A stretch of 64,000 bases of DNA from positions 9,422-73,421 of the forward strand of contig CAYVBE010000001.1 of the NCBI GenBank assembly GCA_964448935.1, given 5' to 3'. The notes under the pieces are model-generated. The model searched no databases. It saw only the letters and a program-made list of their open reading frames with translations, and was not told the origin of the DNA. This DNA comes from an uncultured candidatus Brocadiaceae bacterium. GTDB lineage: Bacteria; Planctomycetota; Brocadiia; SM23-32. How positions within the stretch are numbered: position 1 is the stretch's first letter; the number at the start of each line of letters is the position of its first letter. Made by a program: the position numbers and the translations under genes. Below, one piece after another: positions 10,383 to 21,100 of this stretch.

Positions 10383-11432
10383 ATGAGTGACGACGAGGCG
10401 GGCCGTGATCCGGCTGCGGTGATTGACAAAGAGGACGACATCGAGACGGTCGAAGCGCTGGGCATGGCCTACCGGAAGATGGCCGAACACCTCGGTCGTG
10501 TCATCGTCGGGCAGACAGACGTCATCGAGCAGGTGATGATCACCATGTTCTGCCGGGGGCACGCGCTGCTGGTCGGCGTGCCCGGCCTGGCGAAGACCCT
10601 GCTGGTGCGCACGCTGTCGGACCTGCTCGATCTGGAATTCAGCCGAATCCAGTTCACCCCGGACCTGATGCCCTCCGACATTACCGGCACGGACGTGCTG
10701 GAGGAGGACCGGACCTCGGGCAAGAGGTTCTTCCGCTTCGTGCACGGGCCGCTGTTCGCCAACATGATCCTGGCCGACGAGATCAACCGCACCCCGCCGA
10801 AGACCCAGGCCGCGCTGCTGCAGGCCATGCAGGAGCGGGAGGTGAGCGTGGGCGAGACGACCCACGACCTGCCCGCGCCGTTCGTGGTGCTGGCCACCCA
10901 GAACCCCATCGAGCAGGAGGGCACCTATCCACTGCCGGAGGCGCAGCTTGACCGGTTTATGCTCAAGATCATGGTAGACTACCCCGACGCCCAGGAAGAG
11001 CTGGAGATCATGAAGCAGGTGACCGGCACGATGGAGCAGCGGCTGGAGCCGATCATCGGGGGAGAGGAGATCATGCGGCTGCAGCACGTGGTGCGCCGCG
11101 TGCCGGTGGCCGAGCACGTCTTCGAGTACGCCCGCGCCCTGGTGCGTGCGTCCCGTCCCGGTGAGGAGGAGGCGCCCGATTTCGTCGAGGAACTGGTCGA
11201 ATGGGGGGCCGGACCGCGTGCGAGCATCTTCCTGATCCTCACCGCCAAGGCCCGTGCCGTGCTCCACGGCCGCTATCACGCCACCACCGAGGACGTCCGC
11301 GCCCTGGCGCCGGCCGTGCTCCGACACCGGGTCATCACCACGTTCAACGCGGAGGCGGCCGGCCTGCGCTCGGACGACGTGGTCGAGCGCCTGTTGGAAG
11401 TCGTGCCCGAGCAGGCGGAACAGATCGTCTGA
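10383..11432 (+). CDS. MoxR-family AAA+ ATPase (AAA_3)
   Basis: Walker A GVPGLAKT, Walker B ILADEINR, and ...[28 protein letters not shown], typical of MoxR/RavA-like ATPases. It is the first gene of the MoxR-DUF58-vWA operon. Confidence 0.92.
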   Translation: MSDDEAGRDPAAVIDKEDDIETVEALGMAYRKMAEHLGRVIVGQTDVIEQVMITMFCRGHALLVGVPGLAKTLLVRTLSDLLDLEFSRIQFTPDLMPSDITGTDVLEEDRTSGKRFFRFVHGPLFANMILADEINRTPPKTQAALLQAMQEREVSVGETTHDLPAPFVVLATQNPIEQEGTYPLPEAQLDRFMLKIMVDYPDAQEELEIMKQVTGTMEQRLEPIIGGEEIMRLQHVVRRVPVAEHVFEYARALVRASRPGEEEAPDFVEELVEWGAGPRASIFLILTAKARAVLHGRYHATTEDVRALAPAVLRHRVITTFNAEAAGLRSDDVVERLLEVVPEQAEQIV

Positions 11433-11464
11433 TGCCACCCCAGCGTCCGTAAACGGAGCCACAC

Positions 11465-12403
11465 ATGCCGGAGCAGGCCGCACCGGAGTACGCACGCCTT
11501 CTGGACCCGGACACGCTGGCCAAGGTACACCGACTGGAGCTGGTGGCGCGGGGGACGGTCGAGGGGTTCGTCAGCGGCCGCCACCAGAGCGTCTATAAGG
11601 GCGCCTCCGTCGAGTTCGCCGAGCACCGCCAGTACGTGCCCGGGGATGACGTGAAGGGCCTGGACTGGCGCGTTTACGCCAGGACCGACCGCTACTACGT
11701 GAAACAGTTCATGGAGGAGACGAACCTGCGGGCCACCATGCTGGTGGACGCCTCCGGCTCGATGGGCTACACCGGGGAGGAGGCGGCCCGGCACAACGGG
11801 ACCCGCCTCAGCAAGCTGGAATACGCCAAGTACATGGCCGCCTCGCTGATGCACATGATGATCCACCAGCAGGACGCCGTGGGGCTGGTGACCTGCGACG
11901 TGGATGTCAGGAGATACATCCCCGCCCGCAGCCGCGTCACCCACCTGCGGACGATGCTGGAGGAACTGGTCGGCACCGAACCGGGTGAGGAGACGGCCCT
12001 GGCGCCGATCTTCCACGACATCGCGGAGAGAATACACCGGCGCGGACTGGTGATCATCATATCCGACCTGTTTGACGACGCGGAGGACATCCTCAAGGCC
12101 CTGCACCATTTCCGCTACCGCAAGCACGAGGTCATCGTCTTCCACGTGATGGCCCGTGAGGAACTCACCTTCCCCTTCCGCGGGCAGGCACGCTTCCGTG
12201 ATCTGGAGGCCATGGCCCGCACGCTGCAGCTCGACGCCGGGGCGATCCGGGCCGAATACGTCGAGCGCGTGCGGGAGTTCGTGGGCCTCATGGAGCGCGG
12301 CTGCGGGCGGATGCAGGTGGATTATGTGCCCGTGTGCACGGAGGACCGCTTCGATGTCTCGTTGACCGAATACCTCGCGCGTCGGAGGCGTCGGACCAGA
12401 TGA
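11465..12403 (+). CDS. DUF58 family protein (MoxR partner)
   Basis: HRLELVARGTVEGFVSGRHQSVYKGASVEFAEHRQYVPGDDVKGLDWRVYARTDRYYVKQF is the DUF58 core. The stop overlaps the next start (ATGA at 12400-12403). Confidence 0.88.
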   Translation: MPEQAAPEYARLLDPDTLAKVHRLELVARGTVEGFVSGRHQSVYKGASVEFAEHRQYVPGDDVKGLDWRVYARTDRYYVKQFMEETNLRATMLVDASGSMGYTGEEAARHNGTRLSKLEYAKYMAASLMHMMIHQQDAVGLVTCDVDVRRYIPARSRVTHLRTMLEELVGTEPGEETALAPIFHDIAERIHRRGLVIIISDLFDDAEDILKALHHFRYRKHEVIVFHVMAREELTFPFRGQARFRDLEAMARTLQLDAGAIRAEYVERVREFVGLMERGCGRMQVDYVPVCTEDRFDVSLTEYLARRRRRTR

Positions 12404-14931
12404 CGTTTCTCAATCCCGCCATACTGATCGGACTGGTCGCGGTCTCCATACCCATCATCATCCACCTGCTGCACCGGCGCAACGCCAAGATGGTAGACTG
12501 GGCCGCGATGCGCTTTCTGCGCGACAGCCTGGCGGCGCGGAACCGGCGCATACTGCTGGAGGAGATGCTGTTGATGGCGCTGCGGTGCGTGGCGGTGGCG
12601 CTGCTTGTGATGGCGGCGGCGCGGCCGTTCCTGCCGGCGCAGTCGGCCATCCCCTGGATGGCGGTGCTGCCGGCGGCTCTGGCGGGCGCGGCGTGCGCGG
12701 GTGTGGGCACGGTCATGTGGTCGCACAGGCGGGCCGCGTGGCTGCTCATCGGGCTGGCGGTGCTGCTGCTGGGCGGCTCGGCGGGTTCCGCCGTGGCCGC
12801 GCACTTTCTGCAGGACGATCGCTGGTCTTCCGGCACGGAGGCCCGGGACATCGCCCTGGTCATTGACGGTTCCATGTCCATGTCCCTCAAGGTGGACGGG
12901 CGCACCAACTTCCAGCGCGCACTGAACGAGGCGGCGGTCCTGATCAAGCGGAGCCGGCCCGACGACGCCTTCTGCGTCATCGAGGCGGGCGCGCTGCCCA
13001 TTGCCGCCACCAGCGGCCCCATACGCGACCGCGAAAAGCTGCGGGAGGCCCTGGGCGGCCTCCAGCCCACGGGCGGCTCGATGGACCTGCTGAAGAACCT
13101 GACCTTCGCGGCCGCCAGGCTCCTGGAGGGGCAGAACCCCGGCAAGGAGATCGTGCTGCTGACCGACGGGCAGCAGGTGGGCTGGTCGCTGGACAACCGC
13201 GCGCGGTGGCAGTTCCTGGCCTCGACGCTGGACCGGTTCGGCGAACGGCCCGGGATAGTCTGTCGCACCTTCCCGCTGCCCACGGAGTGCCACAACTGTG
13301 CCGTGGGCGACGCCACGCGCTCGCGCCGCGTCGTGGGCATGGACCGGCCTGTGCACATGGGGTTCCAGGTGCTGAACGCCGGCACCGGGCGGAGCGGCCG
13401 GCTGGTGCTCAGGCTCAGCGTGGACGACGCACCGGCGCGCTCGCGCCAGCTGGCCCCCATGCGGCCGGGCGCGTCCGAGGAGATCGAGTTCGCCCATCGG
13501 TTTCTCAGGCCCGGGGCGCACGTGGTGCGCGCCGCGCTGGCCGGGCGGGACCAACTGCGGGGGGACGACGAGGCGGCGTTCGTGGTCAACGTTCTGGAAA
13601 GTCTGCCCGTGCTGATTGTCGAAGGCGCCCCGACGGGACGGCCCCTGGCCGGGGCGGCCTCGTTCATGGACGTGGCCCTGGCGCCGATGCCCGGCGAAGA
13701 GGGTGAGGAGGAGGCGGGCAGAAGGGCCGGGGAGTTCGTTGACACGACCGTGGTTCCGATCACGGAAATCGCCCGGGTCCGCAATCTGGCGGACTATTCG
13801 GTGGTCATTCTGGCCGACGTGCCCAGGCTGCCGGAGGAGACGGTCGGGCGCCTGCAGGTGTTCGTGCGCGAGGGCGGCGGCCTTCTGGTGGCGCCCGGCC
13901 GCCGGGCCGACCGCGAGTTCTACAACGGATGGCAGGTGGACGAGGGCCGGCCGATGATGCCGGCGGTCCTGGTGGAAAGAAAGGATGTCGGCGAGGACGA
14001 AGAGCCCGTCACGCCCGCTGTGAAGACCATCAGCCATCCCGCGCTTTCGCTGGTGGCCGACACCGACCGATCGGACCTGGGCTCGGCGGTCATCCGGTCC
14101 TACTGGCGGCTGCACGCGGACGAAAGCCATGGAAAGGTCATCAGGGCCGCCGCCCTGAGCAACGGGGAACCGTTCGTGATCGAGGGCAAGGTGGGCAGGG
14201 GACGGGTGCTGATGACTGCGCTGTCGCTGGACCACCGGGACAGCTCGCTGCCCACCCTGCACTGCTATGTGCCGATGGTCCATGAGCTGGTTTACCACCT
14301 GGCCGCTCCGCGGCTGCCGCAGCTCAACGTCAGCCCGGGGTCGCCGGTCAGCTTCCCGCTGTCGGAGCAGATGGCGGCCGAGGTGTTCGGGTCGGACGGG
14401 CCGTCGCAGGAGCGCTCGGTGGAGGTGCTCACGCCGTGGAACGCGGTGCGCTCCGGCGCGCTCCAGCCGGCGTCCGAGGGCTGGCGGCTGAGCTTCGCCG
14501 GCACGCGCGAGCCCGGGCTGTATCACTTCTCCTTGCCGCCTGCTCCGGGCAAGCAGAAGGCGACGCGCCTGCCGTTCACCGTGCCGCGTAAGCTGGAGGA
14601 GAGCCTGATCGCGTCGCTGTCCGAGCATGACCTGAAGATGCCGCGGGAATACGTGGAGCTGATGACGGCGGCAAGTTCGGAGGACCTGGTGGACGTCATA
14701 TCCGGAGACGTGCCCGGCCGAGAGATATGGAGGCGCCTGCTGTTCTGCGTCATCCTGGCCCTGCTGCTCGAGATCGCGCTGTCCCGGTGGATAACCCTCA
14801 CGCGCCGGACGCAACGCGTCCGGGAGGTCGAGTTCGGCCGGCAGGTGTCGGACCCGGAGACCCTCCGCGCGCGCTTCGAGCAGCAGCGCGCGGACGCCCT
14901 GGCTGAAGCGCGGGAAAGCGAAGAGAAATGA
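12400..14931 (+). CDS. BatA-type membrane protein with vWA (MIDAS) domain
   Basis: N-terminus MTFLNPAILIGLVAVSIPIIIHLL matches the aerotolerance-regulator (BatA) N-terminal motif. A vWA domain with MIDAS DGSMSMS and ...VLLTDGQQ follows. Each junction is a 4-bp ATGA overlap (12400-12403 and 14928-14931). Confidence 0.85.
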   Translation: MTFLNPAILIGLVAVSIPIIIHLLHRRNAKMVDWAAMRFLRDSLAARNRRILLEEMLLMALRCVAVALLVMAAARPFLPAQSAIPWMAVLPAALAGAACAGVGTVMWSHRRAAWLLIGLAVLLLGGSAGSAVAAHFLQDDRWSSGTEARDIALVIDGSMSMSLKVDGRTNFQRALNEAAVLIKRSRPDDAFCVIEAGALPIAATSGPIRDREKLREALGGLQPTGGSMDLLKNLTFAAARLLEGQNPGKEIVLLTDGQQVGWSLDNRARWQFLASTLDRFGERPGIVCRTFPLPTECHNCAVGDATRSRRVVGMDRPVHMGFQVLNAGTGRSGRLVLRLSVDDAPARSRQLAPMRPGASEEIEFAHRFLRPGAHVVRAALAGRDQLRGDDEAAFVVNVLESLPVLIVEGAPTGRPLAGAASFMDVALAPMPGEEGEEEAGRRAGEFVDTTVVPITEIARVRNLADYSVVILADVPRLPEETVGRLQVFVREGGGLLVAPGRRADREFYNGWQVDEGRPMMPAVLVERKDVGEDEEPVTPAVKTISHPALSLVADTDRSDLGSAVIRSYWRLHADESHGKVIRAAALSNGEPFVIEGKVGRGRVLMTALSLDHRDSSLPTLHCYVPMVHELVYHLAAPRLPQLNVSPGSPVSFPLSEQMAAEVFGSDGPSQERSVEVLTPWNAVRSGALQPASEGWRLSFAGTREPGLYHFSLPPAPGKQKATRLPFTVPRKLEESLIASLSEHDLKMPREYVELMTAASSEDLVDVISGDVPGREIWRRLLFCVILALLLEIALSRWITLTRRTQRVREVEFGRQVSDPETLRARFEQQRADALAEARESEEK

Positions 14932-17900
14932 CCTTAGCCGCAATAGATCAGACGCTGCTTCCGGCGGGCATCCCGGCGCCGCTCGTGTGGCTCGGGGCGG
15001 TCGTGGTGGCGGGCGCCTGGTACCGATCGCACCGGTCGCTGCGCCCGGAGGGCGGGCCGTGGTGGCGGGCGGGCCTGTTTGTGGCGGCCAGATTCCTGAT
15101 CGGCTCGGCGGCCCTGCTGCTGATACTGGAAGGGATCGGGCGGCTGGGCGTGTTTTCCCTGGTCACCAACCTGCCGCTGTGGGCGTTTTGCCCGCTCGGA
15201 GCGGCGGGGGTGGAGGGCGTGGTGCTGCTGTACCGGGCGGAGCGCAGCCGCGTCTCGCCCACGGCGGGCCGGCTGCTCATGGCGCTCCGGGTGGTGCTGC
15301 TACTTCTGGTAATACTGATGCTGGCGCAGCCGGTGTTCGTGGAGGAGAACAGCCGCGAGTTGAAACGCACCGTGGCCGTGCTGCTGGACGATTCGCTGTC
15401 CATGCAGGTTCCCGATACTCACCTGGCGCCGTGGGAGAAGGTGCGGCTGGTGGAGGCCCTCGGGGCGTTGCCGGCCGAGCGGCCGGTGCAGTTGGAGGAG
15501 GTGCAGTGGGTGCTGGGAGAGCTGGCGGACCGAGTGGCCACCCAGGCCGAGTGGCTGGGTATGGCGGGCGGCCTGAAGCCCGAGGTGTTGGTGGAGCACC
15601 TGCGCGACCGCGCGAAGGACCTTCGCACCACGATCGCCGACGTGCGTCGGGAACTGCGCGCCCAGGGCGACAGGCTGTCGAAGGCATCGGAGACCGCTCA
15701 GTCCGCCGGGGACGAGATCAGGGCGTCGCTGAAGACTCTCGCCGAGGGGATGGAGCAGCAGGTCCACGCGCTCCTGGAGGCGGCAAAGGACCTGCTGTCC
15801 CGAGAGCCGGCGGAACTGGCCAGGCGCCACACGGAGCTTCTGCAGAAGCTGCAGAGCGCCGCCATCGCGCTGGACGCCCTGGCACAGCAGGTGAAGGGCC
15901 ATGCGCGAGAGGTGGACGCCGCCTTCTACGCGGCCCTGCCGGCCGAGCAGCGCGAAGCGGTGGACAGCATGGCGGGAATGACCCGCCTGCAACTGGCTCG
16001 GCGCCTGCTGCTGCCGCAGGAGGACGGCGAAACGGACGAGGCAAAGGCGGAGACACTCCTCGACCTGGTGGTGCCGCAGTACGGGCTCAAGGCGTACCGC
16101 TTCGCGGAGGAGGCGACGGAGATGCGGCTGCACCGCCCCGCCGAGGGTGAGGGCGATGGGGAGGACTCACCGGAAGCGCCCCGGACGCTGGAGGCGGGAC
16201 GGGCGGACAGCACGGATTTCGCGGCCGCCGTTGACCGGGTGCTCAGGGACCTGCCGGCGGAGAGGCTGGCGGGGATCATGTTCCTGACCGACGGCCGCCA
16301 CAACGCGTCCGCTTCGGCCGAAGCGGCGGCCCGGCAGGCGGGAACGGCGGGCCTGCGCATCCTGCCCGTGATGTTCGGCGCGACGGCCCCGCCACGTGAC
16401 GCGGCGGTGGTCAGCCTGGACGTGCCGGACGTCGTGTATGAGAAGGACACCGTGTACATCGGGGCCGATGTGAAGCTGGATGGGCTGGCCGGAAAGACGG
16501 CCACGTTGACCCTCCGGCGGACAGGGGAGGAGCAACCGCTGGCGACAAGGACCATAGACGTCGTGCGTGACCGGCACCGCGAAAAGGTGGAACTGAGCTA
16601 CACCCCGGAGGAGGCCGGAATACAGAATTTCGAAGTGGCGCTGAACACCTTCGAGGACGAGGTGTTCAAGGACAACAACCGCTGGCCGCTCAGCGTGCGG
16701 GTGAGCGAGGATAAGACCAGGCTGCTGGTTATCGAGGGCTACCCGCGCTGGGAATTCCGCTACCTGAAGAATCTGTTCGCGAACCGTGACCAGTCGGTCC
16801 ATCTGCAGTACGTGCTGTTCCGGCGGGACAAGGTCGGCGGCACCCAAGAGCTGCCCGAGATACCGGCCTCGGCCACGCGCGAGGAGGCCCAGGCCACCGC
16901 GCTGCCCCGCGACGAGATGGAGTGGCTAAAGTTCGACGTTATTGTCCTGGGCGACGTGCCGCCGGACCAGTTCGATGCCGCGGACCTGGATGCGCTGCGG
17001 CGTTTCGTGGAGGACCGGGGCGGCGTGCTCGTGGTCTTAGCCGGGCCCCGACACATGCCGCACGATTACACCGGCACGGTGCTGGAGAGCATCGTGCCCG
17101 TCCGCATAGACCGCAGCCAAGAGAAGGACGTTCTGGACGTTGCGGACAAGGGATATCACATCCGCCTCAGCCCAGAAGGGCGGCAGAGCGTCGTCATGCG
17201 CCAGAGCCTGAACCCGGAGGCGAACCTGGAGACCTGGCGCGGCTTCCCGCCGATCTACTGGCGCCATCCGCTGGTGAGCGCCAAACCCGGCGCCCGGGTC
17301 CTGGGATACGCCGTCGAGGCGACGGACGATGAGGATGAGTTGGCGGACGCAGGCGCGGACAATCCGGGCCACACGCCCGTGCTGGCCAGAGAAGCGCCGC
17401 TGATTCTGCTGCAACAGGTTTCTCTGGGACGGGTTATGATGCTGTGCTTCGACCGCACCTGGCGGCTGCGCTACCGCGCCGGGGACGAACACCACCACAA
17501 ATTCTGGGGCCAGGTCATGCGCTGGGCGACCGCCGGCAAGCTGGCCGCCGGAACGAACCTGGTCAAGCTGGGAACGGACAGGGCGCGCTACGCCCCCGGC
17601 TCCACGGTCACGGTGCGGGCCAGGATATTGGAGACCGACCTGTCGCCCGTCGCGAATGCCGAGGTAGCGGTCAACGTCTACCGGGGCGAGGAGCTGACGG
17701 AGCGGAAGGTGCTGCAGTACCTGTCGGACTCGCCCGGCATCTACGAGTGCCAGTTGGAGGCACCCCGTTCCGGGTCCTACCGTGTGGAACTCGATGCGCC
17801 GCGCGCGCGGTCCATACTGGCCTCGGAGGGCGCGGAGCAGGTGGTGGCGGAGTTTGCGGTGGACCCGGCCATGTCGCCGGAGAAGGTGGAACTGAGTCCG

Positions 17901-18116
17901 GACGGGGCGCTGTTGGAGCGGCTGGCGGAGTTGAGCGGGGGGGACGTGGCGGCTCCCTGGGAAGTGGGCCGTCTCCTTGAGCTTCTGGCTCCCAGCGTCT
18001 ATGTTCAAGAGGAGCGGCGCGAATATCCTCTGTGGAATTCCTGGCCGTTCTTGCTCGCCATTATAGGGGTCGCCACGGCGGAATGGCTGCTTCGTAGAAG
18101 GAGCGCGTTACCATGA
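14928..18116 (+). CDS. large multi-pass membrane protein of the BatA-like operon (degenerate vWA end motif plus glutamine-amidotransferase-like/DUF4159-like region)
   Basis: About four N-terminal TM helices. The segment GIMFLTDGRHNAS resembles a vWA C-terminal motif. ...LLVIEGYPRWEFRYLKNLF...VIVLGDVPPDQFDAADLDALRRFVEDRGGVLVVLAG matches the class-I GATase-like fold seen in BatA-operon partners. It is translationally coupled on both sides. Confidence 0.7.
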   Translation: MTLAAIDQTLLPAGIPAPLVWLGAVVVAGAWYRSHRSLRPEGGPWWRAGLFVAARFLIGSAALLLILEGIGRLGVFSLVTNLPLWAFCPLGAAGVEGVVLLYRAERSRVSPTAGRLLMALRVVLLLLVILMLAQPVFVEENSRELKRTVAVLLDDSLSMQVPDTHLAPWEKVRLVEALGALPAERPVQLEEVQWVLGELADRVATQAEWLGMAGGLKPEVLVEHLRDRAKDLRTTIADVRRELRAQGDRLSKASETAQSAGDEIRASLKTLAEGMEQQVHALLEAAKDLLSREPAELARRHTELLQKLQSAAIALDALAQQVKGHAREVDAAFYAALPAEQREAVDSMAGMTRLQLARRLLLPQEDGETDEAKAETLLDLVVPQYGLKAYRFAEEATEMRLHRPAEGEGDGEDSPEAPRTLEAGRADSTDFAAAVDRVLRDLPAERLAGIMFLTDGRHNASASAEAAARQAGTAGLRILPVMFGATAPPRDAAVVSLDVPDVVYEKDTVYIGADVKLDGLAGKTATLTLRRTGEEQPLATRTIDVVRDRHREKVELSYTPEEAGIQNFEVALNTFEDEVFKDNNRWPLSVRVSEDKTRLLVIEGYPRWEFRYLKNLFANRDQSVHLQYVLFRRDKVGGTQELPEIPASATREEAQATALPRDEMEWLKFDVIVLGDVPPDQFDAADLDALRRFVEDRGGVLVVLAGPRHMPHDYTGTVLESIVPVRIDRSQEKDVLDVADKGYHIRLSPEGRQSVVMRQSLNPEANLETWRGFPPIYWRHPLVSAKPGARVLGYAVEATDDEDELADAGADNPGHTPVLAREAPLILLQQVSLGRVMMLCFDRTWRLRYRAGDEHHHKFWGQVMRWATAGKLAAGTNLVKLGTDRARYAPGSTVTVRARILETDLSPVANAEVAVNVYRGEELTERKVLQYLSDSPGIYECQLEAPRSGSYRVELDAPRARSILASEGAEQVVAEFAVDPAMSPEKVELSPDGALLERLAELSGGDVAAPWEVGRLLELLAPSVYVQEERREYPLWNSWPFLLAIIGVATAEWLLRRRSALP

Positions 18117-21100
18117 CCAGCGAAGCTGTTTCTGGGCCGGAAAGCACTGTCCCACGCACCATCGTCAGCGTGCTCAGAAGCGTTATCCGCCGCGTGCGAT
18201 TCGTCATCGGACTGCGTGGCGTCTGCGTCGTCGCAACGGCCACACTGGCGGCCCTGCTGATCGTGATGGCCGTTGACCGGTCCATCGTGATCCTCGCGCA
18301 GTGGCCCCGGTGGATTCTGTCCCTCTGGGTGCTGGCCGTGGCGATCGGCAGCGCCGTGTTCTTCCTGATACGTCCCCTGGCGCATAGCTTCACCCTGCCC
18401 GGCATAGCGCGGGCGCTGGAGCTGCGCCACCCGGAGCTGCACGAACGCATAAGCTCCGCGGTGGAGCTGCTGGGAAGCCACGACCGGCCCGAGGTGCGGG
18501 GGTCGGAGGCGCTGATCGCCGCTCTGGCGGAGGAGGCCAGCCGGGACGTCAGGGAGCTTCGGCCCTCCCGCGAGGTCACCTTTCGGGCGGCGCGGCCTTT
18601 CCTGCTGGCCATGGCCGGGGCCCTGGCTATCATCGTCGGACTTCTGGCGTACTGGCCGGACCAGACGCGCCGGCTGCTGGCGCGCGCCGTGGCACCCTTC
18701 GCCAACCTGCCCAACGTCGCCGCCTATCAGTTGTCCGTGAGACCCGGCGACACCGTCAGCCTGCCGGATGACGCCGTCCGCGTCGAGTTGGCGGTGTGCA
18801 ACGACAGGGTCAACAAGGCCGTTCTGTACAGGGTGAGCCCGGATGGGCAGAGAGTGCGGTCCAATATGACCCGCATCGCGGACGGCGAGGAGGGGGCGCG
18901 GCGCTTCACGGTGACCTGTCCGCCCGCCCGCGCGGACTACCGCTACCGCGTCCGTGCGGCGGACGCCCTCAGCCGCTACTACAAGGTGCGCGTGGTGCCG
19001 CCGCCCGCCGTGGAGGGGCTGACGGTGCGCTACGACTATCCCGAATACGTCGGGCTGGAGCCGCGGGTCGTTGGGGGTTCGGACGGCGAGATAGAGGCCG
19101 TCGAGGGCAGCCGCGTGACCGTGACCGCCGCGCTGAACAAGACCGTCAGTAAGGCGTTGCTGATGGTGGATGACTGGAAGGAGCCGGTGGCTGGGGGAAC
19201 CGTGAAAGAGGACAGAGACGGCCGGGTGGCCTGCACGTTCGCCTTCGAATTGATGCCGGGGGTGGACGGCTCCTGGCGTATGGAAATCGCGGACGAGCAC
19301 GGCTTCCGGAACGATCAGACCGAGTATCCCATCCGCGCCCTGCCGGACACCGCCCCCACGGTGCGCGTCGGGCACCCTGAGAAGAGGCGCATACGCTGCC
19401 GGCCCTCGGACCGCCTGCCGGTTACCTACGCGGCCGTGGACGATTTTGGACTGGGCAACATAGAGCTTCTGCTGAAGGCCGACGACGGCAAAGTGAGGTC
19501 CCGCGTGCTGCCGTTGCCCGAGGAGGACAGGGGACCGCCGCTCGGGACGAGCGGTCGAGAGACGCTGGATTTCGCCTCGCGGGCGTTCGAGGGCGTGTCA
19601 AAGCTGGAATTCCAGGTTGCCGCGCAGGACAGGCTGCCGGCGGAAGACGACGGTCCGCAGGAGGGGCTGTCCAGGGTGTTCACCGTGATTCTGCAGCGGG
19701 AGGCGCCATCCTATACCTCGCAGTTGTGGCAGGAGATATACCGCGAGATGAGCGTCGGCCTGGAGGAGGTGCTCGAGGAGCTGAAGGCGGCCAAAGAGCA
19801 ATCCGCCGAGGCCCGCAAGTCTATGGCCGAAGAGTCCGAGGAGGCGGCGCAGAAGGCCGTGGAGAAGATGAATGAACTGAGCGAGCATCTGACCGATGCA
19901 GACTCCACTGCCCGCGAACTGGCGGCCGAGATGCAGCCCGGTCCGTATCAGAGCGTGGCGGAGCGGCTGGAAGACGTGGCCGACGAGCACATCACCCCCG
20001 CCGGCGAAGCGGCGGACGAGATGAAGCTGAACGAGGATGCTGAACAGCGCGGCGAGCTGGCCGACGAGGTGGACACGCACGTGGACGGCGCGATCGCGGC
20101 CATCGAGGAGATGCAGCAGGACGTGGAAGCCCTCACCGAGATGGGGGAGCGGCTGGAACGCCTGACGGAACTCACAGAGCGGGAGAAGGAGCTTGCACAG
20201 GCGCTGGAGGAAATGAGGGAAGATGCCGCTCAGGCTGCGATGTCGGAGGAGGGCTGGGAAGAGGCCCAGAGGGGACTGACCGATGAGGTGGGTCGCCTGC
20301 TGGAGGAGACCCCCGGCGGCCTGCAGGCCCAGGCCACACAGGACAGGCAGAGACTGAGCGACTACGCCGAAGAGGCGAAGCGCCTGAGCGAGCAGCAGGG
20401 GTCCCTGGCTGAAGATGCACAGCACGAGAGCGAACTGGCCGAGGTCGAGAAGGCGTTGGACGAGCTCGCCGAGAAGCAGCAGAAGCTGGCCGAGGATACC
20501 GGCGGGGAGAAACTGACGCGGGACCTGAAGCCACCGATGTCGGAGGTCTCGGACCGGATCAAGCAGCGCGAACTGGAGCAGGCCCAGGAGGGACAGAAGG
20601 AGGCGGAGAAGGAGCTGCGAAACCGGGCAGACGCGCTCCAGCGCGAGCAGAAGACCGAGGACCTGCTGCCGGACACGAAGAAGTTGGCTGAGGAGCAGCG
20701 GCACCTGGCGGACAAGGTCCAGAAGCTCCGGGACACCGCCGAACAGGTGGACGTTGCGAAAAAGGCCAAACCCCAGGCGGACAGGCTGGGGCGAGAGCAG
20801 GAGCAGCTCGCCCGGCGAGCCAAAAACCTGGAGGACAACGTGGCCAAAAACGAGGCCGCCGCGAAGCAGGGCAAGGCCAAACCGTCACAGGAGATGGACG
20901 CCGCCGCCCGGGAACTCAAGCAGGGCAAGGCGCAGGAAGCCTCTGCGGCTGCGCAGAAGGCGGCCGAAAAGGCGGAGGAGTTGACCCGACAGCTCCGCGA
21001 GGCTCAGAAGGCGGAGGGCGCCCAAGGCGTGGACAATTTGGCCAGAGAGGCCGACCGTATCGCCGATGCCCAGGCCAAACTGGCGAAGGAGATGGCGAAA

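Noticed and set aside
12322-14943. 873-aa ORF on the minus strand mirroring the BatA-vWA gene
   Set aside because: It is Arg/Pro/Ala-rich nonsense of the kind produced by antisense reading of high-GC coding DNA. The plus-strand frame has the BatA N-terminal motif and a MIDAS motif, and sits in an operon with MoxR/DUF58.
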